This document shows positions 56,067 to 64,000 of a DNA stretch of 64,000 nt, one piece after another. The position numbers and the translations under genes are program-made. The first letter of the stretch is position 1. The number at the start of each line of letters is the position of its first letter. The notes below the pieces were generated by a model, which saw only the letters and a program-made list of their open reading frames with translations, was not told the origin of the DNA and searched no databases. The DNA is from a virus (lineage: Duplodnaviria; Caudoviricetes), in IMG/VR virus record IMGVR_UViG_3300049846_003387, positions 1,932 through 65,931 of that record; one strand, 5' to 3'.

Positions 56067-57521
56067 ATGGATTCTCCAGATAAAAAAGATAAGTCAACAA
56101 GTAGTATTCCAAATGAGGCTCATAGTAAGGCAACTAAATGGGTTGAAGAAGCCATAAACGACTCTTCTGTTCTTAATGTTATTGAAGATAAATTACAACC
56201 TCTAGTAGTTAGTGCTACCGATGAATTCTTAGAAGAAAACAAAGAAAAGGCTGCTATCTACGCTTCCAATCCTGAAGTTCTCATCAAAGATCTCAAGGAA
56301 TTTTATGGTTTTAAGAACTACTTCAAATACGTCGAATACGCAATAGATGCAGCTCTAGCAGTATCTGGAATACTATCAATAATTTCTGTATTTTTCACTG
56401 CTGGTGCAGCTGCTCCAGCTGCTGCAGTTGGCCTAGCAAGTCGCAAGGCAATATCATATGCTACTAAGAAGTTTATGAAAAAACAAGGATTAAATCTTCT
56501 TGCGAGAGTTTCGAGCAAAATCGTTCTGAAGAAAATTACTAAAGAAGGTCTAAAGCAGGTAGGTGTAAATCTAAGTAAATATTTTTTACGATCAGCTATG
56601 TATAACGTACTCTACATAGTGAGCATCAATGCCATATTCAAAACAATAGAGGATGTTGGCATAGAAGCAACCAAAAATATCCTGCGAGATAAGGGAAATC
56701 AATTAGGGATCCCACAATCTCTAATAACCCAATTGTTACATGCAGAAAATGATAATGCTTTTAGAAGAATTTTAAAAAATGTTCATGCCGGAATTTCCAA
56801 AGACTTGCAAGAGCTTTTTACAACTGAAGCCGGATTCCGCAAATTAGCTTTAGGTGCTGCTTTTAGTAAATTATGGAAGACAAAAGAGATTGCTCAAGCT
56901 ATAGAGCGAGGCGATCTAGAAAATAAGCTTAAGCAATTAAGCAAAGATCCAAAGTATAGAAAGCCTTTTGATCCAAACTCTCCTTCTTCGGCATCACAAC
57001 AAGCAGTCAAGCAACAATTAGAGCGATCAATCAAGAAATCTAAAATTCCTGTTCGTTTGCAACCTGTCTATCAGGAACACCTTAGTAAACTAACTACTCA
57101 AATACCACCACAAAGAGTTGGAGAAGTAATTGAGCCTAAGATTGAGCTGGCTAATTTAACTACTGATCAAGTTGTAGACGAGCTTTATGAGGTTGCAACT
57201 CTTGAATTTATTCAAAAGAATAGAAGTAGATTGGCTCTTCAACAAGTTACTAAACTTCTTGGTGAAGCTCTAGATACTAGAAACATTTCATTAGAATCTT
57301 TAAAAAGATCTACAAAACAGAACGACTTAATTGATATAGTCAATACCCTCTTAATATATAAGACAATTTATATTAAACAACTATTAAAGAAGTTGTCGCT
57401 TGGAGGTCAAGATAGTAAGATGCTCGAAGCCCTTAAAAATGATATGATGAAGCATGCTGGTACTGATACATATAAGGCAAATTTATCTAAGCAATATTTT
57501 GGAGTAGGTCGTGGCATATAA
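56067..57521 (+). CDS. hypothetical protein with hydrophobic Ala/Gly hairpin (possible ejection/membrane protein)
   Basis: AALAVSGILSIISVFFTAGAAAPAAAVGLA. Confidence 0.7.
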   Translation: MDSPDKKDKSTSSIPNEAHSKATKWVEEAINDSSVLNVIEDKLQPLVVSATDEFLEENKEKAAIYASNPEVLIKDLKEFYGFKNYFKYVEYAIDAALAVSGILSIISVFFTAGAAAPAAAVGLASRKAISYATKKFMKKQGLNLLARVSSKIVLKKITKEGLKQVGVNLSKYFLRSAMYNVLYIVSINAIFKTIEDVGIEATKNILRDKGNQLGIPQSLITQLLHAENDNAFRRILKNVHAGISKDLQELFTTEAGFRKLALGAAFSKLWKTKEIAQAIERGDLENKLKQLSKDPKYRKPFDPNSPSSASQQAVKQQLERSIKKSKIPVRLQPVYQEHLSKLTTQIPPQRVGEVIEPKIELANLTTDQVVDELYEVATLEFIQKNRSRLALQQVTKLLGEALDTRNISLESLKRSTKQNDLIDIVNTLLIYKTIYIKQLLKKLSLGGQDSKMLEALKNDMMKHAGTDTYKANLSKQYFGVGRGI

Positions 57522-57720
57522 TAAGCCTCTCAAATCAAAAAAGAAAAATGACACTGAAAAGTATCATAAAGCAGCAAAAGATATTATAGAGCCATTAACA
57601 AGAAATATACGACAAAAAAGAAAAGACCAAACTAACGAAGAAATTAAATCCTTTCAAGATGCTTTGGATAAAGATCCAACACTCCTAACTAGAGCAAAAG
57701 CAGCGGTACAAAAATGGTAA
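57511..57720 (+). CDS. small basic protein
   Basis: 69-aa ORF overlapping its neighbours. Confidence 0.6.
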   Translation: MAYNKPLKSKKKNDTEKYHKAAKDIIEPLTRNIRQKRKDQTNEEIKSFQDALDKDPTLLTRAKAAVQKW

Positions 57721-58115
57721 ACATTAAGCAGCTTCAACAAAAAATAGCATTAGCTCAACAATTTATTGCCGTAGCACAACAAACAAGGATTAAACTTTTT
57801 CTTGATGATGATACTGAAGCACCAGTAAGACAAGAATTATTCAAAGGTTACGATGTTTGGGTTACAACCCCTGAAGAAGCTATTGAATATTTAAGTAGAG
57901 GTAATGTTAGTCACGTTAGTTTAGATCACGATCTTGGACTTGAACCTGAGAGCCGCAATGGCTATATGGTTGCAAAATGGATCGAAGAAGCAGCATACAA
58001 TAGTGAAATTCCTCCTCTAAAGTGGAGAGTTCATAGTTTTAATCCTAAAGGAAAAAGCAATATGATTACTGCCTTACAGAATGCAGATAAATTTTGGAGC
58101 AGAGGTGAAGAATGA
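57714..58115 (+). CDS. cyclic-phosphate-processing receiver-like domain protein
   Basis: KLFLDDD...EAIEYL...VSLDHDLG...GYMVAKWIEE...VHSFNPKG. Confidence 0.85.
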   Translation: MVNIKQLQQKIALAQQFIAVAQQTRIKLFLDDDTEAPVRQELFKGYDVWVTTPEEAIEYLSRGNVSHVSLDHDLGLEPESRNGYMVAKWIEEAAYNSEIPPLKWRVHSFNPKGKSNMITALQNADKFWSRGEE

Positions 58116-58342
58116 CAAATACCTATAAAAATATTCAACAACTTAATCAAATAGCAAGCTATCTTCAGCAAATTGCTGATCCTTATCATCAATCAGAAAC
58201 TTGGATAGATGATAAGTTGGTAGATATGGTCAATGCATTAAGAGATATTAGATCTTTTCTCGAATACGAAACAACTCGCGGCAATTATAATAATCCTACT
58301 ATAGATATTACTAATACTACAAGGAGTGCTAATAATGAATAA
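58112..58342 (+). CDS. hypothetical protein
   Basis: ETWIDDKL motif similar to an internal segment of 20009-21496. Confidence 0.7.
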   Translation: MTNTYKNIQQLNQIASYLQQIADPYHQSETWIDDKLVDMVNALRDIRSFLEYETTRGNYNNPTIDITNTTRSANNE

Positions 58343-59675
58343 ATTTATTTTTGCAGACTTTAAAGATTTTCAAAATAATCTTAAAAAATATCTTGAAAAG
58401 GCTAAAGAAGAACAAGCTAAACCTAAACAGTCTAGTGAACCTAAAGAGAAAAAGAAATACACTCCCACCCCCAAAGATTCAAGAAACTATAAGCGAGTTG
58501 AGGATCCCAACTCTCCTCGCGGATATCGTTTCGAATTGAAAACGAAAGATGATTACATAGAAGATAAACCTACTAGGAGAATTACTAGAGAAGATAAAAA
58601 AGGTGACGAATATACTGTCCTTATTCCTGGCAAAACTAAGGAAGAACAAATTAAGGAACGTAATGCAAAACAAAAGAAAAGAGAGAGTTTTGAAGTAGCT
58701 AAAGCAGGTAAAAAAGTTCTTATAGAAGGTAGAGATGACGATGAGATAGCTACTATTAGAGAAATGCTGCTCGCTATAGCCAATCAACCTAACGAGAAGA
58801 AAAGTCCCCATATACAACGTGAAATCAATTTCGCCAAGAGCGTCTTAGGCGAAGATGAGTCGGGAACCTACTGGCTAGATAAAGAATCTAGTATTTTAAG
58901 AAATATTGTTAAATTTGCATCAAGTGATCAAATGAAGTATGACATTATATTGAAGGCCCTTGCTGATATGGAAGAAAAGGGACTACAAGATACTCCTAAA
59001 TACGAACAGGCAAAAAAAGCTTTAGAAAAATTAGAAAAAAGAATTGATGAACTTGCAACCTTAGAAACTGAAGAGGCCAAGCAAAAGTCTGAATCGACTC
59101 TTATAGAAGATCCTAAAATCTTTTCAATGAAGCCTAAAAAAGAAGTAGATTTATCTAAAGCTCCTAGAATGGTAAGAACTAAAGATCAACTTTCTCCAGA
59201 AGAGTTGGCACAAATCGAAATGAGAGAAAATCGTCTTACTGAAGAAGGTGAGCAACTACCTGATGATGAATTCAAACCAGTTACCTCCTATCTAGGTTGG
59301 AAACAAAAAACTATAGACGATCAAGTAGTATATGTGATTTCTACCAAGCAACTTGCAGCTATTTCACATCTCTATGAAAACGCTCAAATGAGAGCGCAAG
59401 GCTTAGATCCTCAAAAGGTGCGTTCTAAAGAGAATAAGCCATTGCCTTATGTTGATGACGAAACTCCTAAGAAAAAAGAAAAATCTCGTCTTGAGCAACA
59501 ACTAGAGAAATTGAAAAATAAAAAGAAGGAAGAAGAAGGTCCCTTACTATCTCCTGAAGAAGAGGAATTCCTCAATTTAGATACAAGTATTTTTGATACT
59601 AAAAAAACTAGCAAGATCAAGTCCCTACTAACCCTTATTAAGCAAGCACAAAACTCTCTTAAAAATGTTAGATAA
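58335..59675 (+). CDS. highly charged putative head protein
   Basis: AAGGAG RBS before ATG 58335; IVKFAS, LIKQAQ. Confidence 0.8.
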   Translation: MNKFIFADFKDFQNNLKKYLEKAKEEQAKPKQSSEPKEKKKYTPTPKDSRNYKRVEDPNSPRGYRFELKTKDDYIEDKPTRRITREDKKGDEYTVLIPGKTKEEQIKERNAKQKKRESFEVAKAGKKVLIEGRDDDEIATIREMLLAIANQPNEKKSPHIQREINFAKSVLGEDESGTYWLDKESSILRNIVKFASSDQMKYDIILKALADMEEKGLQDTPKYEQAKKALEKLEKRIDELATLETEEAKQKSESTLIEDPKIFSMKPKKEVDLSKAPRMVRTKDQLSPEELAQIEMRENRLTEEGEQLPDDEFKPVTSYLGWKQKTIDDQVVYVISTKQLAAISHLYENAQMRAQGLDPQKVRSKENKPLPYVDDETPKKKEKSRLEQQLEKLKNKKKEEEGPLLSPEEEEFLNLDTSIFDTKKTSKIKSLLTLIKQAQNSLKNVR

Positions 59676-59847
59676 GTACAATAAACATCCTTTATTTCAA
59701 CAATATCTTGAGGCCTATGATAGATATATCGAGGCTTCTAAGGAGATGTATGAAATTAGAGATGAGATTCTTCAAGATCAAACAAGAGAAGCAGCGCTTT
59801 TAAAGATTAGACAAGCACAGTCTGAAGTACTACGTTGTCTAGAGTAA
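59665..59847 (+). CDS. hypothetical protein
   Basis: 60-aa ORF; KIRQAQ. Confidence 0.6.
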   Translation: MLDKYNKHPLFQQYLEAYDRYIEASKEMYEIRDEILQDQTREAALLKIRQAQSEVLRCLE

Positions 59848-59849
59848 AT

Positions 59850-60635
59850 ATGAATCAGATTAGAAAAGGAATGAAAACTTACAACCTCTCCATTGGAGGT
59901 TTTTATGGTTTCTGGCAAGTTCTCCAGAAAAATGGCAAAGTTCTATATGTGAATATAGATGGCTTAAGATATCATAACGATTTGGTTAGAGATCATGTTT
60001 ATCATTATGATCTTGCAAAAGCCTTTAGAGATAATCAAGTACGTCTAATGCAATTTAGGGAGGATGAGTTATATCAAAAGGCTCATATTGTCAAATCCAT
60101 GATATTAAATTATTTCGGTGACTGTGCTAGAGTTTCAGCTCGCTCTTGTTCTATCAAGTCAATTTCTAGTGATCAGAGCAAGGTATTTTTTCAGGAAAAT
60201 CATCTAATGAATAATAGGTATGGGAAAAGTTATGGTCTTTTTTTAGGTGATAGCCTTCTTTGTGCTTTATCTATAATAAAGAAAGGGGATGGATTTGAGA
60301 TTGCTCGGTTTGCTACTAAGGTTGGTTATCAAGTACAAGGTGCATTTTCTAAGCTATTAAAACACGTAGAGGAAACTCACCAACCCACCTTCATCGAGAG
60401 CTATTGTGACTTACGGTACTCAAGTGGTATAAGTTATGAAAAATGTGGATTTAGATTACAGCATATTACCTCTCCTGGCTTTGTATGGACTGATTTTAAG
60501 GCTACCTATCATAGATTAAAATGTAGGGCTAATATGGATGAAAGAAAACTAACTCAATCAGAGTATGCTGAAGAGCTCAAATGGCATAAAATCTTTGATG
60601 CAGGACAAGCCAAATATAGAAAGGATCTCCAATGA
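59850..60635 (+). CDS. Hef-like homing-endonuclease-associated protein (C-terminal part)
   Basis: VSARSC, FFQENHL, EIARFATK, GAFSKLLK, SYCDLRYSSG, KIFDAGQ. Confidence 0.7.
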   Translation: MNQIRKGMKTYNLSIGGFYGFWQVLQKNGKVLYVNIDGLRYHNDLVRDHVYHYDLAKAFRDNQVRLMQFREDELYQKAHIVKSMILNYFGDCARVSARSCSIKSISSDQSKVFFQENHLMNNRYGKSYGLFLGDSLLCALSIIKKGDGFEIARFATKVGYQVQGAFSKLLKHVEETHQPTFIESYCDLRYSSGISYEKCGFRLQHITSPGFVWTDFKATYHRLKCRANMDERKLTQSEYAEELKWHKIFDAGQAKYRKDLQ

Positions 60636-61309
60636 TATTACGACCTTACCTAGCAGATAGTAATGTTTGGTCTGCCCCCGCTGATCCCTCCTCAACATTC
60701 CAAGCTGGAAACATAGCTGGTCTTATTGAAATAAACGGTGAACTGTTTGTCACAGTATCTGATGGTGACACGATCCCGCCCATAGGTGTTATTGACGACA
60801 ACAGAACCACCTCCTTTACAGGCACTGTAGTTGATGAAGTTATCATTGTACCAGCAGCTTCACAAGTAGTAAATAATGTTCTTGTAAGTACAGTAGATGT
60901 CATGGGCCCTTTACAAGAAACCAATATTATTGAATCCTCTTTCTCCTCTACTTTTGATCTTATCTTGAATCCAAAAAAGGGAACCGTCGTTATTCCAGCT
61001 GGAACACCTTTGAACTACGATGATGGTAACGTGATGGGATTTGAAGTAGTAGTTTCGTATAGATACCAGATTGTAGATTATCCTGGAGACGACTCTACAA
61101 GTGGCTCAGGAAAGATTAGCATTCATTTCAACAGAGGCATCTTCGTGACTGACGTATTCGACGTACTCTCTACCTATACACCTGGCTGCGCACTTTATGT
61201 AAATAGTGAAGGAATGCTTACCTCACAAGAAACAAAGAGCCCAGTTGTAGCAATTGCTCTTCAACCAGCCAGTGCTCTTAATAATGAACTTATGTTCATG
61301 TGGTTATAG
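60632..61309 (+). CDS. putative capsid decoration/cement-like structural protein
   Basis: DPSSTFQAG, PIGVIDD, PGDDSTSGSGKI, LYVNSEGMLT beta-rich pattern. Confidence 0.55.
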   Translation: MILRPYLADSNVWSAPADPSSTFQAGNIAGLIEINGELFVTVSDGDTIPPIGVIDDNRTTSFTGTVVDEVIIVPAASQVVNNVLVSTVDVMGPLQETNIIESSFSSTFDLILNPKKGTVVIPAGTPLNYDDGNVMGFEVVVSYRYQIVDYPGDDSTSGSGKISIHFNRGIFVTDVFDVLSTYTPGCALYVNSEGMLTSQETKSPVVAIALQPASALNNELMFMWL

Positions 61310-61723
61310 ATGAGCAAACAATCTAAGAAGAGTCAAATCAAGATAGGTGATATTTTTAGTGCTATCACTATTGTAGAAGTAAAAACTTCAGAGTTTAGAA
61401 AAGTCTTAGGTAAGTGCTCTTGTGGAACTACTAGATTCTTCGATTACGTGTCGCTCCTCAACGGAAGGATTAAGTCTTGTGGTTGCAAGAAGGCTGAATT
61501 TGCTGCTTCAACAAATATGACTAAATATGGAACTACGAACTTTAATCAATCTACTCAAGGTAGAGAAGGCATCAAAGCTTTTTGGAATACCTATAAAGAT
61601 ACTGAAGCCTACAAGTTGAGAGAGCAAAAAAGAGAGAAAACTTTAAAAGAGAAATACGGCGACATTCGATCAACCTCCCAACTACCCGAAGTAAGACAAA
61701 AACAACTAGAAGTTTATTTCTAA
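61310..61723 (+). CDS. homing-endonuclease N-terminal DNA-binding fragment
   Basis: CSCG...KSCGC, TNMTKYG and KTLKEKYG repeats; no nuclease domain. Confidence 0.65.
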   Translation: MSKQSKKSQIKIGDIFSAITIVEVKTSEFRKVLGKCSCGTTRFFDYVSLLNGRIKSCGCKKAEFAASTNMTKYGTTNFNQSTQGREGIKAFWNTYKDTEAYKLREQKREKTLKEKYGDIRSTSQLPEVRQKQLEVYF

Positions 61724-61724
61724 C

Positions 61725-61731
61725 TATTGAT
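61725..61731 (+). promoter_or_regulatory. TATTGAT box
   Basis: Intergenic, 50 bp before ATG 61782. Confidence 0.6.
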
Positions 61732-61781
61732 TTATAGATCTTTTAGGTAAGTCGCTTTGAAATTGTTGAAAAGGAGTTTGT

Positions 61782-63413
61782 ATGCCAATTAGTTATTTTG
61801 GACCAGTTGTTCTAGAAGATTCTACAGGAGCTTTAGGCGGAAGACTTAAAGAATCTCCTATTATTGTAAAGTTGGAGTTATCAACTCCAAATCCTATTTA
61901 TATCGACAATTCTGGGGCTGAACCTATTGATCCCAATCTTCTTCCTTTATATATGCAGATTTCAAACGGCTCAATAATGTTTTCTTCCTACGAAGGTAAT
62001 GGTATCTACCTTCTCGATGTTGTGGGGATGACCGACTATCTAACGCAGATCGATTTCCAACCAAACAGCCAACTATTTGGTGACAATGCCCTAGTAGACT
62101 TCCTTCAAAATGCCCAAACAAATTTCACATACGATGACGAAGCTCCTACCTGCAACATGTCTTCAAGTATAGGAGCTGCATCATATGTTAAAACTGGAGA
62201 TATATTTGATGTAACATTTACATTCAATGAAGATATCTACGACGGTAACTACTCTCCTATCCTACTACTTTCAGGAGCTTCTTTTGAAGCTTCCCTAGGA
62301 ACACCTGGATGTACTATTCTTTCGACTACGAAACCCAATAATCAAACATTTGTAGTTCAAGTCCAAGTTAATCCTGGTACTGAGGGGAGTACAGTAGGTG
62401 TTTCCTTACCTTCATTTATTGCATACGATGAGGCTACTAATCCTTGTAATTTTCCTGGTCCCGGTGGTCTATTGAAAGTCGAATATACTCTTGATAATAC
62501 AGCTCCCACTCCTACACAACCAGGAGGAGAGCTTGCAGCTACCTCAGTTACTACTACAAGCCTTACTTTAAGCTGGTCACAAGCAGGTGATGTCTCGTCC
62601 TTCATTGATTATCACGTTTACAGAAGTACTACTGAATTATTCGGAGTCGCAAACATCGAAAGTAGTGCTACTCTAATAGAGACTGTTCTAAATAACTACT
62701 CTTCAAATGTTACAGGATTATCTCCATCGACTACCTACTACTTCTACATCGTAGTAGAGGATGAGGCTGGGAATAAGGCTGCCTACGATACCTTAACTCA
62801 AGCTACAGCAGCTCCAGCTGACGTAACTTCTCCTATTCCTGGAAATAGCGGAACTCTTTCTGCTACTTCTATTACTCAGACTGGTCTAACCTTAAATTGG
62901 ACTATAGCAACTGATAATACCTCCTCACAAGCTAATTTACAATATCTAGCCTACTATTCAACTAGTAATAATTTGAGTAGTGTAGCTAATGTTGAGGCAA
63001 ATGGAACACCTGTAGGAAGCTATACTTCTAATATTAATACTAAAAATATTACTGGATTAACTACCGCAACCACTTACTATTTTAACGTTATTGTTAAGGA
63101 CGAAGCAAACAATAAAGCTATTTACTCTACACTAACACAGGCTACAAGCGCACCTTCAGCACCTACAACTATAGATGGAAATAATAATACAGTAGATTCT
63201 AATACGACTTGGGGCGATGGATCTTCTTTAGATGTTACAGTTGATGCAGTTGTTGAGTCAGGAATCCTAAGTCTAGATGTACCAAGTATCTCAGCAATCT
63301 CTGGTGGAGGGAGTATTTTGGTTCATCCAGGAGCATCAATATCGATCGTTGGACCTACTGGAACTAGAACTATGACTGTACCTTCCGGTAAACAATACAA
63401 ACTCAAGCCATAG
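61782..63413 (+). CDS. Ig-like/fibronectin type III surface protein
   Basis: Two FN3 repeats (LTLSWSQA...VTGLSPSTTYYFYIVVEDEAGN; LTLNWTIA...ITGLTTATTYYFNVIVKDEANN) preceded by an Ig-like domain. Confidence 0.88.
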   Translation: MPISYFGPVVLEDSTGALGGRLKESPIIVKLELSTPNPIYIDNSGAEPIDPNLLPLYMQISNGSIMFSSYEGNGIYLLDVVGMTDYLTQIDFQPNSQLFGDNALVDFLQNAQTNFTYDDEAPTCNMSSSIGAASYVKTGDIFDVTFTFNEDIYDGNYSPILLLSGASFEASLGTPGCTILSTTKPNNQTFVVQVQVNPGTEGSTVGVSLPSFIAYDEATNPCNFPGPGGLLKVEYTLDNTAPTPTQPGGELAATSVTTTSLTLSWSQAGDVSSFIDYHVYRSTTELFGVANIESSATLIETVLNNYSSNVTGLSPSTTYYFYIVVEDEAGNKAAYDTLTQATAAPADVTSPIPGNSGTLSATSITQTGLTLNWTIATDNTSSQANLQYLAYYSTSNNLSSVANVEANGTPVGSYTSNINTKNITGLTTATTYYFNVIVKDEANNKAIYSTLTQATSAPSAPTTIDGNNNTVDSNTTWGDGSSLDVTVDAVVESGILSLDVPSISAISGGGSILVHPGASISIVGPTGTRTMTVPSGKQYKLKP

Positions 63414-63466
63414 ATATATTAAGCTTTAGATAGATAGACTAGCCTAAATTCTTCTTGTCATCCTTC

Positions 63467-63473
63467 TATTGAT
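63467..63473 (+). promoter_or_regulatory. TATTGAT box
   Basis: Intergenic, before the last ORF. Confidence 0.55.
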
Positions 63474-63551
63474 TTTGTCGATTTATTACATATAACAAAG
63501 AGTAAGTTTTTAAAAAACTTATCGAGTTATGTCATAAGGAGAAATGGGGAG

Positions 63552-64000
63552 TTGAATCGTCAACAGATAAAAAAAAATAATGCAAGACCTTTGCCTAAAA
63601 GTAAGATCGAAACAATCAAATTAGCTCAAGTAGCCTTAATAAATATTAAGATAGCTGCTCGTATAGATAGATATATGGAAATGTTTAATGAATTTCCAAA
63701 TCAAGAACACATTAAACAAGAAATAAAATGGGCTATATCAACCTTAGAAAAACAAGATAGAATAACTTGGTATTTAAAACAATATAGGCAATCTCTTAAA
63801 ACCAATACTCCCATTTCCTTTAAGGAACAGTTAATTCACTTTCTAGGAATGATGGATATCCATCCAAAAATGAAGTCTTATGTTTTTGATATTAATAAAA
63901 CACCTGATCAAATCTTTAAAGAATTAAAAGAACTAGAAAAACAAGTACAAGCAGCTAGAGTTAAACAAGACTGGGCAGGCAAAAAGATTTCTATACAAGA
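63552..64000 (+). CDS. 3'-truncated hypothetical protein
   Basis: Frame open to window end: (M)NRQQIKK...IKLAQVALINIKIAARIDRYM...QDRITWYLK; start uncertain (TTG after GGGGAG). Confidence 0.7.
   Translation, partial: MNRQQIKKNNARPLPKSKIETIKLAQVALINIKIAARIDRYMEMFNEFPNQEHIKQEIKWAISTLEKQDRITWYLKQYRQSLKTNTPISFKEQLIHFLGMMDIHPKMKSYVFDINKTPDQIFKELKELEKQVQAARVKQDWAGKKISIQ

Noticed and set aside
391-62605. Numerous 60-115 aa antisense or overlapping ORFs in the track
   Set aside because: They lie within longer motif-bearing genes, lack RBSs and have shadow-like composition.
63541-63580. A9 run near the start of the last ORF as a fourth frameshift site
   Set aside because: The downstream frame is already open through the run, and the alternative frame has no start codon.

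Overview
AT-rich, very gene-dense segment of a large (jumbo-type) tailed dsDNA phage, almost entirely on the + strand, standard genetic code. Three zones: (1) 1-7.7 kb: small accessory/early genes, including an old tandem duplication of a 4-5 gene block and a one-gene cassette between perfect 46-bp direct repeats. (2) 7.7-15.1 kb: recombination, replication and nucleotide genes (Holliday-junction resolvase, HNH nuclease, RecA, DHH phosphoesterase, primase core, nucleotidyltransferase, Hsp20, sigma-region-4-like HTH protein). (3) 15.2-64 kb: virion/late module (many unknown head-associated proteins, three fibre-like proteins, terminase large subunit, portal, prohead protease-scaffold, ferritin-like protein, FN3/Ig protein). 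No major capsid gene, tRNA or CRISPR array was recognised. Main unexplained signals: a pervasive (K/R)-x-A motif plus shared helical leader modules across more than 20 late proteins (candidate head-packaging and maturation-cleavage system with enzyme cargo); a strand-specific intergenic TATTGAT box before late genes; poly-A slippery sites whose -1 frames fill intergenic gaps; and a portable half-HEAT-like tag on unrelated early proteins. All functional calls come from motifs read by eye; no searches were run.
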